DNA of 64,000 nt. Source: an uncultured bacterium (GTDB lineage: Bacteria; Acidobacteriota; HRBIN11; JAKEFK01). The notes below the pieces were generated by a model, which saw only the letters and a program-made list of their open reading frames with translations, did not search any database and had not been told where the DNA came from. This document shows positions 28,839 to 39,578 of the stretch, in pieces. The stretch is from NCBI GenBank assembly GCA_963777505.1, contig CAVZQN010000001.1:96001-160000 (forward strand). Reading direction: 5' to 3'. Both the position numbers and the translations under genes were made by a program. Numbering within the stretch: the stretch's first letter is position 1; the number at the start of each line of letters is the position of its first letter.

Positions 28839-31800
28839 TCAGGCATATCGAATTAAAGTTCGTTGATCGGCTAATACCGCACTCATTTGAGGATTCGTGA
28901 TTGCAGCAATCAAATCTGGTGATTGTTCTGGACATTCAGAGCTTTCTATCAGATATTCAGCCATCGATTGAATGTCCGCACCAAAACGCTTTTGCAGCTC
29001 TCGTGTGGATTCTTCGAGTTTTTGGAACTGTTCCACTTCATTTTGAACATGTGCGATTCGGCTCAAGTTCGCATGATACGCATTTAACGACTTTTGCCAG
29101 TCTCCAGTTGCAAGGTGCGCAAGCGCATTAAACATGGCAAGCTGATCAGCGACTCCGCTGGTCAATGGATTTTTCTGCAATTCTTCAATTGCGCGCTGAT
29201 AGTCACCACGCATCATGGATTGAATGAGTGGTTGGCCTGCCGCAAGCATCCCGGAAAGAGCTGTGCTATCAATTCCGTTAACATTATTTAAAGCTGCGCG
29301 AAGATCGCCGTTTCCCAGCGCTCCAAGAAAGCGGCTTCCTGAACGTGTAAGATCCATAACAGATTGAAGGGCATGAGACTGGACGAACTGATCCGCAACT
29401 GAAGAAACTTGCGACATGGATTCCGAAAGTCCAGAGTTTGTCATTCCATTGAGAAAGCCTGTTACGCCATCTTTCCCTTGCAAAGCTTCAACAACTTGCT
29501 GTGTACTACCACTGCCCATTGCTAACAGCAGGTTCGATGATTGAGACATTGCTTGAGTAAATGCAACAGCCGCAGGTCCAGAACCTAAGAGTTCTTGATT
29601 TGTTATCAAGCCGCCGAGTGCTTTGCTATAGTCGCCTGTGCGCAATCCTTCAATAAATTTTGCACCATCGTTCACCATTTGTAATGCTCTTGCTGCATCA
29701 GGATTATTGGCAACTAAGGGACCCAGCTCACCTGTAGCTATACTTAGCGCTTTACTCATATCTCCGCTGGCAATTGCATTAAAGAATGGAACTGCTTTCG
29801 GCCCATATTGCATTACGCCTTGCACAATCGGATTTTGAACAACGCCTTGTACTGCTGGATTGCTGGAGAGTGGACCTAGCATGCCGCCGGCTGCTCCGAA
29901 AACAGCTCCGGCGTCACCTCTGATGATACCGTCAGCCGTTCGAATTCCAGTTTGAGCATAGTTGAGTGCTGTTGCACTTCCACCGATTCCAGCTATTCCT
30001 GCCATTCCAGTTAAACCGCCAAGGGCACCAACAACATTTCCTTCCGCAATCGATGTACCTACTCCGATACCTGCCTTGACTAAGTTGCCTCCGGTTTTAA
30101 TCGCAGCTCCGGTTGCGCCACCAATTGCAGAACCCAACCCCGGAACTACGCTTGCGACGCTTGAAAACATTCCCAGTACATCACCTTTGGCCGCTGCAAC
30201 GATCGCCTTCACTCCGAAATAAACACCACCGACGACCTGTCCAACTCCAGGAATTAAACTAGCGATCCCCGCAGCGATATCCGCGATAAAGCTGAAACTA
30301 TTCACAAAGTCCTCAGCAAAACTCGGTGGAACAGGGAACATGCTCTTGTAAGTTGACCCAACGTTATCGAGATGCTGCGCATAAGCTCCGGTCGCATTAT
30401 CAAATTTTGCAATTCGTGCGCGCAGTTCGTTTGCTTCTGGACTATTCGGCCCCAATGTCCGCTCAATCACAGCGAGTTGCTGCTTCATTGGTTCAACAAT
30501 CGCTTGGCTATAGCCAGCCATTTCTTCAGCACCTTTTGTATGGATCTGTCCCATTCGTTGTGTCACGAGCGTTTTCATTTGCTGTTCAGTCAGACCATGT
30601 TTCTTTGCTAGCGCTTCCATGTGCACCGTTACATATTTCTCGCGAGCCTCCTTCAAATCCAGGTCGTTCTGCTTCGCATATTCATTCACCTTCTTATCGA
30701 AGTCAGGATCGCTTGTAACTTTATCTGCTTCTGCGGTGAGGCTGGTCCAATCCAGCATCGGTTTTCCATTCAGTTCCCGTGTACGGTTTTCAAGTGCAAG
30801 CTCATTCTTTGACTGAGGATCCCAATCGATGTCGTACTTTTTATCTTGCATATTTTTATCAACAGTCTGTTTTGCTTTCGCACCGGCTTGCATCAGTGGA
30901 TCTTTGTCGTTCGGATCGAATTGATGGCTTCCATCAACTTGACTGAGCTCAGCCTCGGTTGGCTTGCGAGTTGACGTATACTTCGCTTTTTTTTCTGGAT
31001 CAGCAAGTACGCCCTGATATTTTGATGCTTCCGCTTTGTCATCGGCCATATCCGTTCGATCCCAAGCGCCATAAAGCCGGTTTGTATTTACGCGGCTTTC
31101 TTCGAAGTCCATGTCCTTCAGAATTGCTGGACCGCCTGCAAGTTTGACTACTTCATCAAATTCTTCTTTGCTGGTGCAACTCTTCAAAATCCTGTTAATC
31201 GCTGCATCCTGAGAATCTTTTGTCCAACCGCGTTGAAGCTCTACGATCAACTTCGCCTTTTCAGTTGGTGTGGCAACCTTCATTGCATCTCTGTCTTCGG
31301 ACAATTTGACCGCAAGAGCTGAGTCTTCTTTAACTGCTGCCTGATTAATCTCGTCCCGTTTCTGTTTTACGACTTCGGGTGCGATGCCATCATAACCAAG
31401 TGCCGGCATGTTAAAACGTTTTGCTACTGCATCAAGCCGCTTGAGCAACTCAGGATCCTTAATCTGATTCTTGAAGTCGAGACCACCAAGCTCCGCCGCA
31501 ACTTGTTTTGCTTCTTCGGGTGTTTTGCATTTTTCTAACAGGCTAATTCCATCTTTGCCGGACTCACCTTGCGCTTTGTTCCATTTACTTTCATGTTCAC
31601 GAAACCAGGTTTTTGCCTGGTCATTTTCAAGCTCTTCGAAAACTTTATGCCCTCCGCTAAGATGCAGAACCTGGTCCCATTCAGCTTTGGAGTTAACACT
31701 ACCCATGATCCTGGCGATTGAGCACTCCTCACTTCCATCTGTACTTCCGTCCATCAGTTGACGAATTAGTTTGGCTTTTTGCTCAGGAGAGAGTTTCGCC

Positions 31801-32681
31801 AACAACTTTGGATCGTTAGAAATCGCTTCGGCACCACCATCATCGGCCTTCGCAATTAAGGCATCTATATATTTTTGGTCAGCTTCCGAAAGTTTTGGCT
31901 GTTTCGAGTCTTCGGGTTTAGTGAGCCCTCCACCTGCTCTGAGCTTTTTCGCTTCATCAAGAAGCTCCTGACGTACTTCTCCACCACTGGAACTCGATTC
32001 ATCCATTCCACCCTGATCAGCAGCCACGTTCGCTTCCTTCATCTTTGAGGTGCCATCTTTTGGCTGAAATGCACCGGCCGGGTACCCAAGAGGTTGTTGG
32101 CCAGGACGTCCTTGTAGTCCGGCTAACATTGCCGCGAACTGCTGAAGAATTTGCATGAATGGATTTTCTGAATCGGAAGGCATTCCGGTCGCTTCCTGAG
32201 GAGCATTCGAAATCGTGTTATGAAGAATGTTTTCCGCCTCAGCAGATGAGCCAACAATGTCGAGTGCCGTGCGCACATCCATTTCTGGCGACAGAGATAG
32301 TTCGCTCGCGAGATTCAGCATTGTTTCGATTTGACTGAAAGATTCTGCCATCTCAGATTCGGGTTGATCCCCTAACCTTTCTAATAAGCGTTGAAGGCCG
32401 CCGCTGAATTCGGACAAAGGCATGCCGGGTGTCGATGCCTGGCGCAGTACGTGCGAATTCGGTAGACGATTTGCCAACGAAGATGCAAGCGTTTGATACA
32501 TTTGCCCAGCTAATACGGCATCTCCCATTCTCGAAATTGCATTCTGCTGCGATGCTTTTATTGATTGCGCATTCTCCGGTAACCGACTTAACTCCGGTTT
32601 GGTAGAACTAACTGCATCCGGCGTAGACGATTGAACTTTTTCATTCACTAGCGAATTTGCTGCCCGATCTGTTACTCTCAT
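28839..32681 (-). CDS. large hypothetical helical protein with glycine-zipper hydrophobic region
   Basis: 1280-aa ORF, GAGGAG RBS, no signal peptide, two GxTxxSxxxxIxRIxxS repeats, long G/A-rich segment. Confidence 0.85.
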   Translation of the reverse strand: MRVTDRAANSLVNEKVQSSTPDAVSSTKPELSRLPENAQSIKASQQNAISRMGDAVLAGQMYQTLASSLANRLPNSHVLRQASTPGMPLSEFSGGLQRLLERLGDQPESEMAESFSQIETMLNLASELSLSPEMDVRTALDIVGSSAEAENILHNTISNAPQEATGMPSDSENPFMQILQQFAAMLAGLQGRPGQQPLGYPAGAFQPKDGTSKMKEANVAADQGGMDESSSSGGEVRQELLDEAKKLRAGGGLTKPEDSKQPKLSEADQKYIDALIAKADDGGAEAISNDPKLLAKLSPEQKAKLIRQLMDGSTDGSEECSIARIMGSVNSKAEWDQVLHLSGGHKVFEELENDQAKTWFREHESKWNKAQGESGKDGISLLEKCKTPEEAKQVAAELGGLDFKNQIKDPELLKRLDAVAKRFNMPALGYDGIAPEVVKQKRDEINQAAVKEDSALAVKLSEDRDAMKVATPTEKAKLIVELQRGWTKDSQDAAINRILKSCTSKEEFDEVVKLAGGPAILKDMDFEESRVNTNRLYGAWDRTDMADDKAEASKYQGVLADPEKKAKYTSTRKPTEAELSQVDGSHQFDPNDKDPLMQAGAKAKQTVDKNMQDKKYDIDWDPQSKNELALENRTRELNGKPMLDWTSLTAEADKVTSDPDFDKKVNEYAKQNDLDLKEAREKYVTVHMEALAKKHGLTEQQMKTLVTQRMGQIHTKGAEEMAGYSQAIVEPMKQQLAVIERTLGPNSPEANELRARIAKFDNATGAYAQHLDNVGSTYKSMFPVPPSFAEDFVNSFSFIADIAAGIASLIPGVGQVVGGVYFGVKAIVAAAKGDVLGMFSSVASVVPGLGSAIGGATGAAIKTGGNLVKAGIGVGTSIAEGNVVGALGGLTGMAGIAGIGGSATALNYAQTGIRTADGIIRGDAGAVFGAAGGMLGPLSSNPAVQGVVQNPIVQGVMQYGPKAVPFFNAIASGDMSKALSIATGELGPLVANNPDAARALQMVNDGAKFIEGLRTGDYSKALGGLITNQELLGSGPAAVAFTQAMSQSSNLLLAMGSGSTQQVVEALQGKDGVTGFLNGMTNSGLSESMSQVSSVADQFVQSHALQSVMDLTRSGSRFLGALGNGDLRAALNNVNGIDSTALSGMLAAGQPLIQSMMRGDYQRAIEELQKNPLTSGVADQLAMFNALAHLATGDWQKSLNAYHANLSRIAHVQNEVEQFQKLEESTRELQKRFGADIQSMAEYLIESSECPEQSPDLIAAITNPQMSAVLADQRTLIRYA

Positions 32682-32721
32682 GTTTTTCTCTCCTCAGAAT
32701 TCGATGTACGTACGCACTATT

Positions 32722-32737
32722 AGCAATCACCGTGCCG
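32722..32737 (-). promoter_or_regulatory. sigma54 promoter (-24/-12)
   Basis: Minus strand CGGCACG-GTGA-TTGCT, 41 nt upstream of ATG 32681. Confidence 0.75.
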
Positions 32738-32921
32738 AGTTCGTGGAAACCCGGACCTCGAGGATGAGCCGGCTATTAGACTGGTAATTTTTGGCGTAAA
32801 GGCAAAAAACTTTTGCGATTCGGCAAATCCGTAGGAGCGATCAGCCTTGAATGATGCTCCTTGACTTGAAGCCTGATCTGAAACAACTTCAATTGCATAC
32901 TGACCAATAAAGGAGAAATCG

Positions 32922-33218
32922 ATGGTAAAAGTTGGATTGTATGTTCGGTTAGAAGCAAAACCAGGAAAGGAAAAAGATGTGGAGAATTTCTTGAATCAAG
33001 GACTATCGCTTGTGCAGCAGGAACCTGCAACAACCGTTTGGTTCGCAATTCGGATGGGTCCGTCTACATTCGGCATTTTTGATGCATTTCCAGATGAAAA
33101 TGGAAGACAAGCTCACTTAACAGGTGCGGTGGCATCGGCATTGATGGCAAATGCTGCAGAACTTCTTGCGGAACCTCCAAATATCGTAAAGCTGGATATA
33201 CTCGCTTCAAAAGTCTAA
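32922..33218 (+). CDS. antibiotic biosynthesis monooxygenase (ABM) family protein
   Basis: LEAKPGKE...EPATTVWFA...FGIFDAF...GRQAHL. Confidence 0.88.
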   Translation: MVKVGLYVRLEAKPGKEKDVENFLNQGLSLVQQEPATTVWFAIRMGPSTFGIFDAFPDENGRQAHLTGAVASALMANAAELLAEPPNIVKLDILASKV

Positions 33219-33292
33219 CTCTGCGCCTCTGCGGTTGATCAAATTAAGATTTGATATAGGGGTATTTCATTTCTGTGGCATGATTTAAATGC

Positions 33293-34972
33293 ATGCTGCC
33301 AAGGTTATTGAAGTACTGCGTTGTCATTGTCTTCTTTTGCGTGAGCTGTTCGAAAGAAGTTCCCCCTGCCGAAAAACCCTCGAATCAATCCGATGCTGGC
33401 GAAATTGTCGTTGTTGCCACCCAGGATTTTCATGCAGCACTTGATCGAGCCGAAGGATTGGCTTCTGTGATCAATGATCTAAGAAAACAGTATGGGAATC
33501 ACATGATTTATCTGGATGGTGGAGACCAATTTCAAGGTTCGCTTGAAGGGAACATTAGCAAAGGGCGAGCGGTAGTTGGTTTTTTTAATTTGTTACACCT
33601 TGATGCAACGGCCATTGGCAATCATGAATTCGATTATGGTCCGGATGTTTCCAGCAGGATCACTGTTGAATCTGGTGAAGATGGAATGGGAAATCTAAAA
33701 GCCAGAGTAAATGAGGCAACGTATTCATTTCTGTCCGCAAATTTAATTGTGGATCCGGTGGAGTCATGCAAGCAAGGTCCGCATTGCAATGCGCTTGGAC
33801 AAACAACTGTATTCGAACCCCATATAATTCTGGAACGTGTTGGGAAAAAGATCGGAATCATCGGAGCAACAACTGCTACTGCGCAACATCGTACGAGTCC
33901 TGCTTATCTAACCAGAGCGAAATTTGAAGAAATGTTGCCTGTCGTGCAAGCGGAATCAAACTTCCTTCATCAAGTAGAAAAATGCGATTGGGTTTTGCTG
34001 GTTGTTCATGCGGGACTCCGTTACGAAAAAGATGGAAAAACTTTAATGAACACGGAACTGCTTTCCATGCTTCAAAATTTGCAGAACCCACTTATCGATG
34101 GTGTCTTTGCCGGCGATGTTCATGCTCAGGCGATGCAGCTAGTTCGTGGAATCCCTGTTGTTCAAGCCGGCAGCGGAGCAAAACATGTTGGCGTTCTGCA
34201 TTTAAAAGACGTTGGAGGCAAAAAGCAGCATCGCTTTGGTCCGCCGGTTGTAGTTCCAGATGTAGGGGTTTCGTTTGAAACGACCGAGTTTATGAAACCG
34301 TACAGACGGAAAGCATTGGAACGGAAACGCCAGTCGCTCGCAAAAGCAAAAGCACCTTTTCCACTGGATAAATCAAAAGAGACTGCGTTGGGCAATCTTG
34401 TTTCAACTGCTTTTCTGGAAGCAGGAAAAAAACGCGGCGGTGCTGATGCTGCACTGATTAATGCCGGAGCGCTTCGGACGGATCTTCCTGCAAATACGAT
34501 TACATACAGTCATGTCTTCAAACTCTTTCCGTATGATGATCATCTCGTAATTGCAGAACTTACTGGACAAGAATTAAAAACATTACTTGAGATTGCATTT
34601 AGCGGATCGAAAGGAATGCCATCTATTGCTGGTCTTCGAGTGACGATGACTCAACCTATTCCTCGCGATCTAAATGGCGATGGGGTTAACGAAAACTGGG
34701 AACAGAATACTCTGTCAGATATTCGCGATCGTAGAGGAAATAAAATTGACAATAAAAAACTATACCGGATCGCAACTCTATCGTACCTCGTTGAAGGAGG
34801 CGATTATCAAAATTATGTTTACGATCGAGTTCCTCAGTCGCGGATTCATTGGTTCGGTGAAATCCTGGCGCGTGAAATTATTGCGGATTACATGAAGAAA
34901 AAATCGCAACTAATCCCAACTGATTATTATTCAAAAGCAAATTCCAATATTCTAACCGCTGAGGCGCAATGA
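33293..34972 (+). CDS. bifunctional metallophosphatase / 5'-nucleotidase, lipoprotein
   Basis: QDFH, DGGDQFQG, GNHEFDYG, NAGALR, YLVEGGDY; lipobox-like VSC. Confidence 0.9.
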   Translation: MLPRLLKYCVVIVFFCVSCSKEVPPAEKPSNQSDAGEIVVVATQDFHAALDRAEGLASVINDLRKQYGNHMIYLDGGDQFQGSLEGNISKGRAVVGFFNLLHLDATAIGNHEFDYGPDVSSRITVESGEDGMGNLKARVNEATYSFLSANLIVDPVESCKQGPHCNALGQTTVFEPHIILERVGKKIGIIGATTATAQHRTSPAYLTRAKFEEMLPVVQAESNFLHQVEKCDWVLLVVHAGLRYEKDGKTLMNTELLSMLQNLQNPLIDGVFAGDVHAQAMQLVRGIPVVQAGSGAKHVGVLHLKDVGGKKQHRFGPPVVVPDVGVSFETTEFMKPYRRKALERKRQSLAKAKAPFPLDKSKETALGNLVSTAFLEAGKKRGGADAALINAGALRTDLPANTITYSHVFKLFPYDDHLVIAELTGQELKTLLEIAFSGSKGMPSIAGLRVTMTQPIPRDLNGDGVNENWEQNTLSDIRDRRGNKIDNKKLYRIATLSYLVEGGDYQNYVYDRVPQSRIHWFGEILAREIIADYMKKKSQLIPTDYYSKANSNILTAEAQ

Positions 34973-37107
34973 TTCGTTCGGAGCGCGGACATCTTGTCCG
35001 CATTAAGGGCCGCAGGCATCTTGCCTGCCAGGGAATTGCGGACTGGAAGTCCGCGGCCCGAAATGCAGGCTTGAAGCCTGCGCTCCTATTCATTCTCTTT
35101 CTGGCTGTAATACCTGCGCAGTTTGCTATTTCAGAGACTCTTTTGACCGAACCGGAAATGCGCGCTTTGAGTGAAGAAATATCCGGAGAGCTTGCTAAAC
35201 GGAATCTGGAATTTATTTCCCGTCAACATCGCATGCGCGGATCGCAGGGGTATTTGGCCGCCGCAGAATTTATTGCACAAGAGCTTCGGAAATATGGTAT
35301 TCCGGAAGTCAGGATCGAAGAATTTCCTGCCGATGGAAAAATCTTTTACGGAACTCAACGATCTCGTCCACCATGGGATGCTGAATTCGCAGAACTCTGG
35401 GAGCTAAAAGACGATAGTAGTCCCACTACACGCATTGCTTCATGGGACGCTGTTCCACTTTCTCTCGCACAAGACAGCGAATCCGCTGATCTCACTGCAG
35501 AGCTGATCGATGTTGGGAAAGGAACCACTGAAAATGATTACAAAGGAAAAGATGTTAGAAACAAAATCATTTTGATCTCTGAACAACCTGAAAGTGCAGC
35601 CCCTGTTGGAATTGAACAACTTGGAGCAGCTGGAATTGTCAGCTATGCACAAAATCAGCGGACTGCCTGGTGGGGAGAAAATGAAAACCTGATTCGTTGG
35701 GGGCATCTGGATACATTTGCAAAAAAACCGACATTCGCTTTCATGATTTCATTAAAACAAGCACGCACATTTCAAAAGCGTCTTGCTGGTGGTGAAAAAA
35801 TTTTGTTGAAAGCAACAGTGCGTGCCGGAAAACATCCCGGAAAGTATCACGTTGTGAATGCAGCGATTCCAGGAGCGGATCCAACTTTGAAAGAAAAAGA
35901 AATTGTATTCAGCTGTCATCTGGATCATCCGAGACCTGGCGCAAATGACAATGCGAGTGGTTGTATGACAATCCTCGAAGTCGCAAGAGTTTTTTCGAAA
36001 CTTATTGCGGAACGAAAGATCGAACGGCCAGCGCGCACACTCCGTTTCATATGGCCGCCGGAAGTCGAAGGAACGTTAACACTGCTGAATGCACGTCCAG
36101 AAATCGCGGCTCGCATCCTGAGCGTAATCCACATGGATATGGTAGGAGGTTCAACTGAAACTCAGGCTGTCTTCCATATCACACGTGGGCCAGCGAGCTT
36201 ACCTTCCTTTATATATGATGTAGCTGATTCATTCGGAGAATTTGTTAATCATCAAACTGATGATTTCGCGAGCACTGGTTCAGCACAATTTCCACTGCAC
36301 TCTACGGATGGTGAAAAAAGACCGCTTCAAGCAGCTCTCGCCGGATTTTCTATGGGGAGCGATCATCAAATCTATACCGATTCCTCTTTCGGAATTCCGG
36401 CGATTTATTTCAACGATTGGCCGGACCGTTACATTCACACAAGCTTTGATACACCTGCAAACATCGATCCAACAAAATTAAAACGCGCAGCATTTCTTGG
36501 CGCCGCAAATGCATATTTTCTGTCTAATTTCAGAGAAACAGACCTGGAAATTCTTTGGCCTACACTTCAAAGTGCAAGCTTAAAAAGAAGCGGAACATTT
36601 CTAAAACGAACACAGCTCCTTTCCCCAAAGGACAAACAAGATGCGGCGCGCTTTCATGTGTGGTATGAACGTAAAGTCTTTGATTCATTTGAACGATATT
36701 TTCAGGTCTCCGAAAAAACAAAAACTGAAATCAAGAATTTCTTGGAGCTGACACAAAACATTATCGGCAATGAACCATCTTCCACAGCAGCATCCGGTGA
36801 CTCAGCCATTGTTTTTTCCCGGAATCCGAAGTTGAAAGGCCCAATGGAGGCCTTTGGCTATAGCTATCTTGACGAACATTACGGTAGTGAAAAAGTGAAA
36901 ACGTTACGGTTGCTGAACTTTACTGGACAACTTGCTGATGGATCGACTTATGCTTACGAAGCATTGAACTTTGTTGATGGACATCGGAATGTTCAAGAGA
37001 TCGCAAGCCAGTTGTCAGGAGCCTATGGTCCGATTCCTGTTGAGCTTGTTATGGAATACCTTCGGGCTCTTGAATCGATCGGCGTTGTAGCCAGGAACGG
37101 CCGTTAA
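34969..37107 (+). CDS. M28-family peptidase (PA domain, DUF4910-like), secreted
   Basis: HLDH, GANDNASG, PE, HMDMVG, GSDH, IHTSFD; ATGA overlap with the upstream gene. Confidence 0.88.
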   Translation: MIRSERGHLVRIKGRRHLACQGIADWKSAARNAGLKPALLFILFLAVIPAQFAISETLLTEPEMRALSEEISGELAKRNLEFISRQHRMRGSQGYLAAAEFIAQELRKYGIPEVRIEEFPADGKIFYGTQRSRPPWDAEFAELWELKDDSSPTTRIASWDAVPLSLAQDSESADLTAELIDVGKGTTENDYKGKDVRNKIILISEQPESAAPVGIEQLGAAGIVSYAQNQRTAWWGENENLIRWGHLDTFAKKPTFAFMISLKQARTFQKRLAGGEKILLKATVRAGKHPGKYHVVNAAIPGADPTLKEKEIVFSCHLDHPRPGANDNASGCMTILEVARVFSKLIAERKIERPARTLRFIWPPEVEGTLTLLNARPEIAARILSVIHMDMVGGSTETQAVFHITRGPASLPSFIYDVADSFGEFVNHQTDDFASTGSAQFPLHSTDGEKRPLQAALAGFSMGSDHQIYTDSSFGIPAIYFNDWPDRYIHTSFDTPANIDPTKLKRAAFLGAANAYFLSNFRETDLEILWPTLQSASLKRSGTFLKRTQLLSPKDKQDAARFHVWYERKVFDSFERYFQVSEKTKTEIKNFLELTQNIIGNEPSSTAASGDSAIVFSRNPKLKGPMEAFGYSYLDEHYGSEKVKTLRLLNFTGQLADGSTYAYEALNFVDGHRNVQEIASQLSGAYGPIPVELVMEYLRALESIGVVARNGR
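34980..35086. repeat. cluster of four REP-like hairpins inside the CDS 5' end
   Basis: gcggac-atctt-gtccgc, gcaggc-atctt-gcctgc, gcggac-tggaa-gtccgc, gcaggc-ttgaa-gcctgc, bounded by ggagcgc/gcgctcc. Confidence 0.85.
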
Positions 37108-39264
37108 TCGACTTCGATTTGATCGTACCTTCCAGTACCTTTCTTAACGCGGAAACCGACTGTTCCACTCGCGGATGCACCGGACGGAATTGTCAGTAGA
37201 AGATTGCCATTCACGCTTACGGTGAAGTCAGTTCCATTAAATGAGAGTCCAATTTGATAAGGAACATTTGGATTCAGAATAACACTCGCATTCGACTTCG
37301 CGACAATGGATCCGTTGGATCTTTGTTTAAATTGAATTTTGTCTTTTGCAGGCAGAAGAACTAGCTCTGAATAGTTCTTATTATTTTGATACCAGACCAA
37401 AACTGAAACACGAACTTCAGCCTCACTTCCAATCCGGACAGTTGTATTGATGGTACAAGTGCTGCATCCAGAAAAAATCGGATTCGCAATTACCTCTGCT
37501 TTTTTTGTCGTATGGGAGCCCACTAACTCACCACCGGTTTCGTTCCAGGTCCCCTTAACATAAGTCCAGTTTGGATCGACGACTCCATTATTGAAATCGT
37601 CACAGAACAAGCAGGAGCCGCTTCCATTGATCTGGATTGTATAACTGCGACTGCCTGTATCCGAATTTGTGTCGGTAGCCGTAATTGTGAAATTGGATGA
37701 GCCTGTCGCATCGGGCGTTCCGGATAACGTGCCATTGCTGGCCAGATTCAGTCCGGATGGCAACGAACCCGATGTGACTGAAAATGTATATGGAGCAGTT
37801 CCGCCACTCGCAGTAATCGTTTGATTGTAAGAAGTGCCTTGAGTTCCGGACGGAAGACTTGCAGGATTTACAGTAATTGTAACTGCACTTGAAAATTCGA
37901 ATCCACCCATATCGAATGGACCGCTTACCGGACGTGATTCAAATTGTTGATGCTTCACATATTGAAAGTCCACATCGGGAGCCGTGCTTGCGAGCGTCGT
38001 TCCTGCATCGATACAAGCTGAGCCGCTTGCAAGATGGAAGTCTTGAGATGCGAAATCAAGAAATCCAGGAACGGTCCCTGTGATATTTCCACCTTGATTA
38101 TTAATTGTCCCCGAAACACCACTATGGCTGTTTACGTATCCAGTCTTGAACCAATTATTTCGATAGTTGAAAACTCCCGCGCCATCGATTAGCGCGAGTC
38201 TGTTGCCGGTGTCTGTAACGTAAACGATATTGTTGCGAACATCGGCCGTTTCATCATTTGTAGAAAGCCGGAGCAATGTTGTGTTTCCAACCCTGTAGGA
38301 AACGATTGTGTTGTTATAAAAATAAAGTGTGCCTTTCCGATATTCGTCTGTATTTCCGCTATCGCCGCCATAATGAACAACCTGGTTATTTAGACCGTCG
38401 TTTAATTCAACTAAGACGTTTCCGTAAACGTAAGTCTTGTGAAATTCAGGAAACTGCGCCACTCCCCCACCGTCATCATCAACTAGATCCATTGTACGAT
38501 TACCACCTTCAATCCAGTTATAACGGATTACAGTTCCTGCCGAGCGATCCTTAAGATTGCTGCCTCCGCATCCGGGACGGAGCGGCCCAAATCGATTGTA
38601 TTGAAAAATAATTCCACGCGCTGCGGTGTAATTATTATGTTCAAAAATACTTCCATTATTTCCGTTGTTATAGATGTAGTTTCCTTCTACCAGAATATCT
38701 TCAGTCTCGCCATCCCATGCGCCAATAAACAAACCATTCCCGCTGTCATGCAAAATGCAATTTCGAATCGTCAGATGTTTTACTTTTTCAACGTAAATCG
38801 GAGCTGCATTGTTTATATAGGTAGAGGTGTTTCCATTGTCATTAGTGAAATTAAATGGAGGACGTCCGCTTCGAATTTCCAAATTTTCGATAACAATGTA
38901 TTGAGGCATCGTATCGGATGGCGTATTTGCGCCGCCGATTTTGATGACTCCCCGTTCTTCATTCCAGAAATTCAACGGAGATGGAGTCGTTGCACCATTT
39001 CCATCAATTACCGGCAGTTCTCCATTTGGCCCTGGCACACCTTGAACGACAATTGGATTTGCTGCTGTTCCTTGCCGGCAAATGACCCACTTTTCTTTGT
39101 ACGCATTCGCACGGTAATGAATCCGAACCACATCACCGGCTCCTAATGTATGCCATGGTACAGCCCCAATGGATGCTAAAGGCTGACCCGGTCCTACGTC
39201 ATATGTAGTTGCATGTGCGGAAACTGAAACAAAAATCAAAACGAGCAAGCGCCAATCTCTTCAT
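37104..39264 (-). CDS. secreted right-handed beta-helix (polysaccharide-degrading-like) protein + putative Ig domain + C-terminal domain
   Basis: Beta-helix repeats (IENLEI, IRNC.LHD.GNG, IRYNWIEGG); SGGTAPYTFSVTSGSLPSGL Ig repeat; likely ATG 39264 with a 1-nt indel before 39248. Confidence 0.85.
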
Positions 39265-39290
39265 TGAATAAACCAAGCCCTACAAAAACT

Positions 39291-39306
39291 AGCAAGAGAG
39301 GTGCCA
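39291..39306 (-). promoter_or_regulatory. sigma54 promoter (-24/-12)
   Basis: Minus strand TGGCACC-TCTC-TTGCT, 27 nt upstream of ATG 39264. Confidence 0.7.
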
Positions 39307-39402
39307 GCTTAAGCTCGAGGAGAGCTACATGCGTAGCGACAAATTTTGACGCCAAAACCGTAGTTCATGTGGGCATTTTTTGTTTTGAACGATTGTTCAG
39401 CG

Positions 39403-39553
39403 ATTTGTAACGCCGGCTTCCAGCCGGCTCCTAAATTTTTTACGACGAAGATCACGAAGCGTCACGGAGAGTTTATAAATAAATTCAGACTTCGTGCTTC
39501 ATCGTGATCTTCGTGGTTTAATTTCTGGCCGGCAAGATGCCAGCGTTACAAAT
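39403..39553. repeat. nested REP/MITE-like palindromic element
   Basis: atttgtaacgccggc... / ...gccagcgttacaaat outer IR; inner acgaagatcacga / tcgtgatcttcgt IR. Confidence 0.8.
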
Positions 39554-39578
39554 CCCTTGATAAACTAAGAACATCAAA

